Assembly (NCBI GenBank): GCA_051294375.1
Contig: CM119267.1
Coordinates: 7,420,683 to 7,484,682, forward strand
Reading direction: 5' to 3'
Origin: Paraspadella gotoi
Taxonomy: Eukaryota > Animalia > Chaetognatha
Length of the DNA stretch: 64,000 bases
Below are positions 28,301 to 43,397 of this stretch, piece after piece. A program made the translations under genes and the position numbers. Position 1 is the stretch's first letter; each line of letters begins with the position of its first letter. A model generated the notes under the pieces. That model made no database searches. It saw only the letters and a list, made by a program, of their open reading frames with translations, and was not told the origin of the DNA.

Positions 28301-29575
28301 AGGCCCATGAAGATGACCACGTTCTTTCTGTGCCGACGAGAGAAATAAGAAGCGTTGGAGGCGAGGCGCTCTCCGGCGTTGACCCAGAGCGGCCAAGTGC
28401 GGCGGAGGCGGAGCTTGATCCAGTCGTAAGTCTGCCGACGCTTGTCCCGTTCCTTCAACGCCAGCAGGAGAGTCTCAAGGTCTGTATTCAGGCTGGCCGA
28501 CTTGGGCGGCCTGTGATTTATGGGCAGCGGGCCGACGAGTATGGGCCGTTTGTTGCCCGCCACAAGTTTCAAGGTCTTAGAAGGGCCCATCGGTGTATCA
28601 ACGGGGCTGACGACGAGGCCGGCCATGGGCGGGCAAAACCGCTCCACGTAGGCGAGGTAAAGACGGAAAGAGCATTCGGTACCGTCGACGCCGTACTCGA
28701 GGTAGCAGGAGTCCGAATTCCACATGTTTCGCATCCAAGCCATTTTGTTGGCGCAGTTGGGCCAACGCTTCCGGTCCATGTCGGTCAATTCGCAAGAGAC
28801 CTTTTCGCTGATGAGATCGATGAGCGTCTTCTTGGCCTCGGATTTGAGGTGGTCGTCCGCGGAGGAAGATCGATTCACCGCCGGATCGGGAGGCGTGGCG
28901 TTGTTGAAGACTAACAAATGAAAAAAATAGTTGAGAAGGCGGAAGGGTAAAATGAAAAACCCTCCCCAGTCTCATCCTCTTCAGAGTCCTACCGGTGTCG
29001 GGAAGAAACATGATATTTTCCTATTTTTGAACTTTTTGATTGATATACGATCCTTTACACGAGTCCTACCGGTCATTTGATTTTCCAGCTTCTGAACTCT
29101 GTGCAGGATGGACTCCAACAAAACGGCCATGGCTTTCTTCAGCTCGTAGCCCGTGTCGACCCCGACTCGAGGGCCGTCCACGACGTCGGCCTGTTCTCTC
29201 GCCAGCGCCGTTACGTAAGCCTCGCTCAGACTGGCAAAAGTTGGTCGAGGATTGAGACGGTTTATTGCTCGTGTAATTTGTCTGATTGATTATTTTGATT
29301 AATTGATTATTTAACGAATTGATCGTCCGATTTTTTTTTCTGTTTGTCTGATAGATTGATTGATTTGCTTGTTAGATTAATTTTTCGTATGATTGTATTA
29401 GTGATTGGTTGCTTTCTTTCCCTTTCTCTTACCCGATAATTTCCGCCCTAATAGTTTCCGAATCGGTTCGTTCCTCTTTGTTGAGGCTCAAGTTGAGGAG
29501 AGTGAGACCCCAGAAGAAGCCGACGAGGCAGAGGACGATGCCGATCCGCCGCGTCGACAACGCGACTCGACCCAT
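25352..29575 (-). CDS. MGAT5: Alpha-1,6-mannosylglycoprotein 6-beta-N-acetylglucosaminyltransferase (GnT-V, GT18); 8 exons
   Basis: Type II TM segment IGIVLCLVGFFWGLTLL, YVTALARE..VVDGP...YELKKAMAVLLESIL, GGPLGELVQWSD, RVLDSFGTE, QFYTMFPHTPDNTFLGF, GFPYEGPAALEAIANG and RLCPCRDY. Confidence 0.95.
27718..27918. mobile_element. MITE-like element with imperfect ~22-bp TIRs enclosing degenerate CCCTAA repeats (MGAT5 intron)
   Basis: Left end GCTAACTTTTACTTTCGCCGACC; reverse complement of right end GGTTACTTTTACTTTTGCTAACC. Internal (CCCTAA)-like array at ~27810-27893. TTATAA in both flanks. Confidence 0.65.
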
Positions 29576-30708
29576 GATGCCCAGATTATAATCTGCGCCT
29601 CATGCTGGCCAAACGGGGCGGAGAACGCGTTCACCAACTACTTCGTCGGATCGAGCGAGAGAGTTTTTTTTCTTCCTATATCATTCGTTCGGTGGCTTTG
29701 TACGCACATTCCGTCGCGAGGTAAAAAATCTATTCACGCGAAACATCGCTGAAAATGGAATGGTGACAGATTGGGAATCCCGAAATTAAGCATTTAAAAA
29801 AAAGTTCCGAGACTCTTTGTCGAGAATGCGTTTTTAAACGCACGGAAAATAAGGAATTTGGTGTCAATTGGTTTGAAATTTTACGACGGAAAAGGATTAG
29901 CAATAAGGAAAAAAATTACATAAAACTACAGAAAGTATTTATCTAGATTTTCGTAGTATCAAATGCAAATAATTTATGTCGGATTGATTTGCGGAAAAAA
30001 ATATTCTTGCAATTGAAATTTGAAATGTGGAAAATAGATTTTTGATTTTTTTAATTTTACCCACCAACAAGCAAAAACTGTAGAAAAAGACAAAAAACTA
30101 TAAACGTACGTATAAAAAAACATATAATATTAGTAAAATGGAACAGATCTCATTCTTTAGGGTTTAAAAGGCATCTTTGGCTTTTACATTATGGGCGCGA
30201 TTAAAATATCGCTTAATTTTAAAAGGAATAAAATACACAAATTTACACTTTGGAATGGAATCATTTAAATAAAGTCATATAAGATGTGTACTTAACTGTC
30301 ATAAAAGAAGATGTGCATTTAATGAGTATTATCACAATTAGATATCTTGGTAAAACTATCTTGAACAGAAAAAAGGCACTTTGCAAGACATTCTTCTGCT
30401 CAGTTAAACTTTTAAGACTTTAATACGCTTAAAACCGAAAACCAATTAAATTCCAATCAAACAAAAAGTATACTTCACAGAGAATACGTTCAATTAGCAC
30501 CAATAATTAATTTTAAACTAGATAGCAATATATACTTCGAACTAAAAAAGACTAATAAATAAATGCAAAAAAATATTTGGAAAACTTGTGAATTAACTAT
30601 TAAAGATTCTTGTAAAAAGCTAAATTAACAAACGAGCTCAGATGTTTAAAGCAAAAAAAGAAAAAGGAGGACTTGGTTTCAAAAACTGACTAGTAAAAAA
30701 GTCTCAGA

Positions 30709-33700
30709 TCACAAAGTTGTTGGAGCAGACGAAGAAGAAACGATTTCACTGTATTGAATTTCTTGTGGGTGCTTATAAGCGTCGATAATGTCTAGAATAG
30801 TTGTAAACGTTCCGAGAATAGTGACTAGTAGACCTAATAAACTAAGAATCAGGTGAAATGGAATCCGCCATTTGAGAATGCCATATTTTCCTTCTGGGAA
30901 GCTGTAAGAAAATAATTGTTTTTCTTTTTTTTTCGAAATAGTAAGTATCAATGTTTTAGTCAAAGATAAATCAACATTCCTTATTTCCGAATAATGTTTT
31001 AAAGTTAGTAGTCATTGTAATGTTTTCTATTCTTTTCGTTTGAGCTAGTAAACGAAGATGCAGTTTTTAATCGCCTGACAACAACGTTAAACAAACAAAT
31101 TTTGTCCGGATTAAAAATTTGTTCTTAAAAACTGACTAAAATTTAGTTTTTCATTCAATAACAAGTATATTTTTGACATACCTGACTAGTAACACTATTA
31201 TGTTAGGGACAGTGATGGAAATGGTTATCCCTAATAATGCGCCCACAAGTTGAATAAGCGACCCAAGCATCGGAATCGCAAGAGCGAAAACTATGCATAA
31301 TAACACGCAGAGAACACGAAAGAGAAGTTCCCAGAGAATTGAAGCGTCTTTCGTCCCGAGCCAATTTGTATACACAATTTCCACAATGACGAAAAACTGA
31401 GCCGCGAAACTACACATGATCACCATCGGAAAAATGATCTTAAGGGCGATGTAAAGAGGTTCATGTGGAAGATCCAAACTTATGGTGGCGTGTACCGATG
31501 TACCAAAACGTAAATAACCATAAAAACCTAAGGAGGAAAATTAGGTCATTAATTTTTGAAAAAAAAACAACAAAAAATTGGTGATACTATGTACCTAGAG
31601 CTTCATAAAGTATTAATATAAGGTACATCGACGTCATAAGTACACCATTGCACCCCATATATTCGTCCGGATGCCGCATCTTATTCCGAAGAGGAAGCAC
31701 AAGACATATGCCTAGGATTGATTACATATACATGTATACTTGTATATATCATAGGTACAACGGAATATTCATGAAATTTGAATTAACGACGTAACGGTAT
31801 TTATTATCAGTACACCTTCAAAAGCGAATACAGCTGAGGATATGCCCCGGGGCCAGTTCCAAGCGCTAACGATTTTCGGAAGTTCGTCAAGGGGGAGAAA
31901 ATTGTGGGCAACGTATTGCATGATAATGATAAATCCCACAACGAATACGACATTTCCAAAAGCTGCAAAGAGAGATATAATCTTGGATAACTTAACTTAA
32001 ACATGGCCTTTTCGCCGATAACAAATTTTCGTTTGAGCCAACCGGAAAACTTAGAGAGTAGATCGAGGTTTCTCACAAGACCAAGCAAAATAAAAACTGG
32101 CGACAGCATTAAAATATAAATCTGATTTGACCAGGATTTATTAAATTCTTCGTTGATGACTTCTTTGATGTTGTCGGCGATGAAGACGATGTAAACGCAA
32201 CAGCAACCGAATTGAAGACTAACGATAATACCGTTCATTACAGTTCTACCTCCTGAAGCAACAAAAAGTATGTTTTAATAGCTAATTTTTATGTTAGGAT
32301 GCTAGATTAGTACATTGTACAATGTAAATTTACTTTTAGCAAATCCTCGTAACCATAAGGGGCCCATCAGTAAAGCTTCTTCAAGGACTTCCCCATAGCC
32401 CAATTCTTTTTTCTTAGAATATTTCTCGGCGTCTGATGCAGCGAGAACCAAAATATATAAACTGTACGTCATTAAAATCCAAACTATCAAGGTCCCAGCT
32501 AATCCAAGATAGAGACCAAGGTTTTTGAAAGTATAAGGCATTGCCAGTATTCCGGTGCCGACGAAAGTCCTAGATAGAATACTATGAATTATACTTATTC
32601 AAATACTTATTCCACAAACTTTTAAGCTTTATTATTATTTTCAATATGAAAAGTGTATTTGGTCTTTTCCTTCCATAAGTATTTTTAAATGAATAAACCT
32701 ATTATTTTACTTTTATTTATAGCACTGTGGCGGTATATTCACACCGCCTTACGTCCACCATCCTTCAGCTCAGAGGGGGAACACACCATCCCAGACGTAG
32801 TGTTCCATCCACAGTCCTAACGACTTCCCTCTGCGTTGGCAAAGCGAGACCGTCCTCGGGTAACCGCGCCAGTGACTGGAGGCGTCACTGAGGGTCGGAA
32901 GCCCCCAAAGCCAACAGTGAGATGCCCCATCCCAATGGGCATCACAGGCAACCCGGCTGTTGCCATAGCACAATATTTCAAAGACGGTAGTTGGTCAGTA
33001 AGAAGGTCTATCTTATTTATAATTCTGGCACTATTTTGCTTTCGCCGACTGGATCAGAGCCTATAAAGGTGTAGTTAGGGTTAGGAGTGGTTAAAGTTAA
33101 GGGTGGGTACTGGGTAGGGTGAGGGGTTAGGGTAAGAGAGTCGGTTAGGGTTAAGGATGGTTAGAGTTAAGGATGGTTAGGGTTAAGGGTGGTAAGGGGT
33201 AGTTAGGGTTAAGGCTAGTTACTGGTAACGGTTAAGGGTGGCTGGGGTAAAAATCCAACAACCATTTTTCGCAGAAAATTTTTTTTTTACATTTGTGCTC
33301 AGAAACAGAAAATTACAAACTGGAATGATCCTAAACAGTGAATGCGTAATTTTCCCTTTATTTTAAATGAATAAGTAATGCAACATCCTTTAATTTCATA
33401 TTTAGTAGGAAGGTAAGGTACTATAAAACCCTTAATGTGCATACATATCATAATTGTGCAAGCACGTAATCATATATCATATCACTAAAAATTTAATATG
33501 GTGTGTCGGTATATTCACCTCCTGCTTCTTTCAGACAATCCCATTGGCTCAGAGGGGGAACGCACCATCCCAAGTGTTACATTTCTTCCAGTCTTAACGA
33601 ATTCCCTCTATGTTGGCAAAGCGAGACCGTTCTAGGGTAACCGTGCCAGTGACAGGAGGCGGTAGACCTTCAAGCCAACAGTGAGATGTCCCATCCCAAT

Positions 33701-34276
33701 GGGCATCACAGGCAACACGGCTGTTGCCATAATAGAATAATTAAAGAAATACTGAATAATTTTAGTTAGGAATTACTTGGAAGACTGGTAAAGAATCAAA
33801 TATTTTTCATAGCTATTTCATAATATAGTATAATCCCATAACCATAAAGAAGTGCGGTATATTTCATATGTTATTAAAGTTAAAAAGTAAGATACTTATT
33901 ATGTTTATTTTCTACTAATATAGTCACATAATAAAATCCACGAAAGTAAATGACAGCGGCGCAACACCTTAAACTTGACGGTTCATGTTTTATAAAGAGG
34001 AAATTTAAACTTGCCTAAGAATCACCATCATTATCGAAAAACTCGACGATTTTTCATCTTTGTTTGATTGATTTATTGATTTCGAATAGTCTTCTTCCGT
34101 CGCATTCTCATTTTCCTCATCGGATGAGCCTTAAGCGAAAAAATTTTCAAAATGGAATTCGCCCTCGACCAAAGCAACAAAATAGAAAGATAACCTGCAT
34201 TCGATAGCTGAGAGTAGTCACTAAGTTTCTGCGATTTTCTTTCGTTTAAGGGCACTATTTCAGGTATATTACTCAT
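30709..34276 (-). CDS. SLC36/PAT-family proton-coupled amino acid transporter; 8 exons, intron 2 (32570-34014) is GC-AG
   Basis: TFVGTGILAMPYTFKNLGL, QFGCCCVYIVFIADNIKEV, VRNLDLLSKFS, VFAFEGICLVLPLRNKM, GFYGYLRFG and IPMLGSLIQLVGA. Confidence 0.9.
32727..32967. repeat. Copy 1 of a GC-rich, hairpin-rich ~235-nt element in SLC36 intron 2 (structured ncRNA or SINE-like; strand unknown)
   Basis: Shares long blocks with 33503-33731: CGGTATATTCAC, GCTCAGAGGGGGAAC, GTTGGCAAAGCGAGACCGT, AAGCCAACAGTGAGATG and CCCATCCCAATGGGCATCACAGGCAAC. Several self-complementary stems. Confidence 0.75.
33028..33275. mobile_element. Second, inverted and degenerate copy of the TTAGGG-containing MITE-like element
   Basis: Begins ATTTTGCTTTCGCCGACTGG, matching the TIR of 27718-27918. 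It is followed by a GGTTAGGGTTAAGG array and AAAATCC...AACC, as on the opposite strand of the first copy. Confidence 0.55.
33503..33731. repeat. Copy 2 of the structured ~235-nt intronic element
   Basis: Diverged direct repeat of 32727-32967 with conserved stems and length-variable internal segments. Confidence 0.75.
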
Positions 34277-34501
34277 GTTAAGTCAGTTTTATTTACCCGC
34301 AGCAGATCGTAATCTTTTCTTGGTAGCATTAGTTATCCATCTAAACTACCTGAATTATAGGGGAGAAACTAATAATAATTAACAAAGGAAGGTCAAAAAG
34401 ATCCACATCCCGAAATCAGTCAAAAAAAGTACCTAAGCCGATTAATAAAAATGTTCAAAAGGTAACGAAAAAAAATGTAAGCGTAAATGTAAAAATGTAA
34501 T

Positions 34502-35205
34502 CTATTTGGTTCGTCTTAAAATCTCGAGATTTGCAACCCAATCTTTGACCGTCTCCGTCTTAAATTTTCCCCTGGTTGATGTAAAAAATTCGTCCAATCT
34601 TCCGGGACAGTTTTCTCTCTCTTCGTATTCGTGAGCCTGGAAAGGGTGGAAGGAGGAAAGGATTTTTTCGAACCGTTCATGATTCGCATCTCATCCTCGG
34701 CACTCGCTTGAAGAATCATGTCAAACTTGTCCAAATCTTTGACAAGGAGAGCTTCTGGAGTCTGGGCCGCCTCGTATTCCTCCCACAGAAGAACGATTTC
34801 CTGAGCGACGGACTCTTCCAAGGATTCCACCATCTCCCTCAGCGCCTTCGACTCTCGATCCCGTTTTTCTTCGCTCGTCACGGGATCGTCGGGCGTGAGA
34901 TCCCCGACGATAGATTCGGCGAGGTCGTGGACGAGCGCCATCCTGATGCATTTGTCCCGATCGACGCCGTCCACTTCGGTCAACATCATCGCCATCACTC
35001 CCATTCGATACATGTGTCCGGCGATGCTTTCCGGATTTTCTACGTTTTTTCGAACCCATCCTAAGAATGCGTCGAAAATTTTTACTTTTTTTAACTCGTA
35101 TTCATGAGGTTTAGGACTAAATTAGAAGTCACCTGTTCGCGGGATGTGTTTGAGATCACCCACAAGTTTAAAAAACTTTAACAACTCTTTTCCACGAAGC
35201 GACAT
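34502..35205 (-). CDS. HDDC2: HD domain-containing 5'-deoxynucleotidase; 3 exons, intron 2 (34637-34707) is GC-AG
   Basis: LKHIPRTGWVRKNVENPESIAGHMYRM, CIRMALVHDLAESIVGDLTP, VKDLDKFDMILQ|AHEYE and GRLDEFFTST.GKF. Confidence 0.95.
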
Positions 35206-35809
35206 GACTCAAAAAATTTTATTATTAAAGTCTTTCTCAAAAAATATTAAAATATAAAAGATGCATGTATATTGTATATTGTACAGCAGATTGAAAACAC
35301 TAGCTGATCGTAATATTTTTTATTAATTTTAATAGGAACGGAACAATCTGGATAAATCAATGCCTTTTGAAGCCGAAAATCACAAATGCCTGTGAATGAA
35401 AATAACCCAAATTTGTACTTCTTATTATATTGTGTTATGTAATAATCGGAAATAAGTGATGGAAAACAAAACTTTATATTGACGGTTAAGGAACCCATTT
35501 TTTCCAGTAGGGTTGGTAAAAAAAACAATGTCGCAGAATAAAAATAGAATAAAAACTATATTATATAATATTTCTTAGATTCACAAATAAATGTGAAAAC
35601 AAAAAAAATCTCATTACATTAATTTCCAAAACCATGGAAAAAAAAATCTTCAAAATTTTCGCTTTTTATTGTTAAATAATATTATCCCACTAAAACACTT
35701 TTAATGCGATAACGAATTAAAAACTGGACAAAACTAATGGTCTAAAATTAAATAAAAACTAAAACTATAAAGAATAAACAATGACTACATTGGATGCAGG
35801 AAAAAATCG

Positions 35810-36984
35810 TCAAGACTGAAATTGAACTTGAGAAATATCAGACTGAGCCGGATAAGCAGCAGTGTAAATCTGTGAAGTGATTTGCTGATGTTGCGGAACT
35901 AATTCTTGATGACCGGATGTAGGGCCTAAAAATACAAACGTCAGATTAAAAAAAATTTTTTAAATCAGGAATTGCTTGGGATTCGCTCAAAGCGCCTACC
36001 ACCTTGTATCTCACCAGGAATGATGCTGATGTTCGGTCCTCCTGTCGTCACGAAAGCTGCGACGGTTCCACCAACGTTTTCCGAATTTGTCGTTTCCAAG
36101 GAAACGAGCCTTTCTTCCTCGTCCTCGTACAATTCGCGACGTCTCAAGCCACTTTTTTCCCCTTCACAAGTGAAAATGTCGCCTTAGTACAATTCGTTGT
36201 AACAAGGTTTCTTTTCAACAATCAATGACCTTTAATTGACTCTCGGTATTTGGAGAGAAAGATCTTGAGCGGCTCCACATAAGAATCGAATCCCAAAGTG
36301 GACATCGCGACCAAAAGATCTTCTCCGTTAATCGTCTTTCTTTTTTCTTGTTGGCATCTGTCCGACGCCTCCGACGTAATGAAGGAAACGAATTCCGACA
36401 CACATTCCTAACGGACAGTTCCCGTTCGTCGGAGTATTGGGAATACAATTTTCCCCCAATAATACTTTTCATATGATTTATTTTATTTTATGCACAATAT
36501 CTCGGCTATATTAAATTCATGTCACTCAAATTTAGTTGAGATAAGTATTAAGCTTTAACTTTTACCTGCACACACTCTTTGGCGTCTTTGGCGATTTTCG
36601 CGTTCTCGGGAATACTGTTTTTCATAATCTTGGCCACGTTGGCGATTGGAAGAAACCTATATGTAATTATGTATATGGAATCGAGGGCTCGGTGAATCCA
36701 GGGCGTGTTTCACAGCGAGTGAGATGGAAAAAGAACCTGTCTTGGTCTCTAATTTGTTCGATACCCTCTTCCGATTCTCCGTCCCCGTCTTCGATCTGAC
36801 CGGAAACTGCGTCGGACTCCGTCACGAGGTATTGAGGATCTTGCATGTTTTCTGGAAGAATTTGATATTCTCCTGGAAAATGGTTACGCCAGTTAATCTC
36901 ATTGACAAATGTTAGGTACAGCGAAGATTTACATACGATAATTCTTTTTGTTTTGGTACCTTCATTGTTTGAAACAGTCGCCAT
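35810..36984 (-). CDS. NFYB: Nuclear transcription factor Y subunit beta; 6 exons
   Basis: [17 protein letters not shown]...[58 protein letters not shown]. Confidence 0.95.
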
Positions 36985-38176
36985 TGCTACAAGTAGAAGG
37001 ATTTTTCATCCATTTCTTAAGTTTTATTTGAGTACAGTATTACCTAAATTATAACATACAATATATTTTTATAAAAGGCGCAAAAATAAGAATAATAATT
37101 TTATTAAAGCTTAAAGAGAAACCATAAACTTCCGTTTGAAGCTTTTCATCATCAAAATCATAAAGCATTAGTTTTTCACAATGAAACAAAGTCGGCAAAA
37201 CTTTTATGAGATTGATCACAAGCATCTTTTACACTATGAAACGACAGTGGTTCTCTCAAAATAGGAAATATAGATAACATTACACTTAAAATTAAAGAAA
37301 TAAAAAAATTTACAGATAGCAAGCTCATTTTAATTTTAAATAAGAATTATATAATTAAGTATGTACATTCTATAATGTACCGTTAAAGCTCAATTTTATA
37401 ATACATTTTTTTAATTTCGACGGTGATGAAATGGCGGAAATGAACGGCAAGACTTGGAAACCAACACGAGGTTGCAAAATAATCATAATACCTTGTTAAC
37501 TGCTTTTTGCTTTTTTTAAAAATAATAAAAAATATTTTAACGCTTCCTTTTCAATGTTATTATTAGTTTTTATTAAATTTCATCATGGAAATCTTAACCA
37601 TAATATTTTCAAATTATTCAATTGATACTTATCACAATTATCATCGCGAGCAACCTTTTTATATTGACACCAGTAAAATCAGTGACCCCTAAATTTTTTC
37701 ACCAAAGATAATATATCCTTACTCCATTCGTTCTTATTATGAAAGTATTTTTCATTAAAAAGTACAAGCGTATTACTATTAGTATTAAAGTTTTTTACGA
37801 GTGAAAATTTTTAAGTTTTACCAGTTACTAATTTATACAATCTAAAAACATCCGGCATTACCAAAAGAAAATACATCGCGTTCAATACTTCTAATACTAG
37901 TATATTCTACCATAATCTTTTTAAAGCCCATAATACGTATTAGTATTACGTTGAATTTGTAACACATAACTAATCAAAAACTGGACTGCGCTTCCATTAA
38001 ATGTAGCGTAAACACTTAACACGGGTTCATGCTGCAAAGGAAGCTGGAGGTATTTTTCGTGCACGGAAATGGAACAAAGGAATAGAATAAGTACTAATTA
38101 ACGAATTTTTTGTTTTTTTGTTTAGAGAAAATGAGATCAATATTTATTGTAAGAAAAAAATTAGGAGAAAAAAAAA

Positions 38177-43095
<4,919 letters not shown>

Positions 43096-43397
43096 TATCC
43101 TTCACGTACCAGCGAAGGGAGACGTGGGGAATGTTTTTTAATTTAGTTTCTTAAAATCGACAAAAGATTCTTAACAGTTAAGAAACTGGCCGTCCCAAGT
43201 TTTTTCTTTGGTTAATGCTTCCAATCCACCTAATGCAGCCTTTAAAATGGAAAATAACAAAAATTTGGCACATTCATTATAATAAAAAAGCCAATAGTCA
43301 GTTAAACAATAGGCTTATTCTACAACCGCAACACTAAATAGAAATTGCGGAAACGATAATTTCAATCTTGCTTTCTTTGGCCATCGATTTTCAGGAT

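Noticed and set aside
28027-28914. 295-aa plus-strand ORF (similarly 54663-55418, 57217-57987 and 15472-15972)
   Set aside because: These are antisense shadows of GC-rich minus-strand exons (MGAT5, CtIP-like, the K/E-rich gene, RARS2) with no recognisable protein features.
28987-29073. Duplicated donor-like GTAGGACTC in MGAT5 intron 2 as an alternative exon
   Set aside because: Neither read-through nor a micro-exon keeps the phase needed for the next exon.
32727-32967. Hammerhead or HDV ribozyme, riboswitch, SRP or U17 identity for the duplicated element
   Set aside because: No CUGANGA/GAAA core, no convincing HDV pseudoknot, no U17 m1/m2 motifs, and only short chance-level SRP similarity; left unassigned.
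33070-33250. True telomere or chromosome fusion site
   Set aside because: The array is short, degenerate, intronic and associated with a TIR motif shared with 27718-27918.
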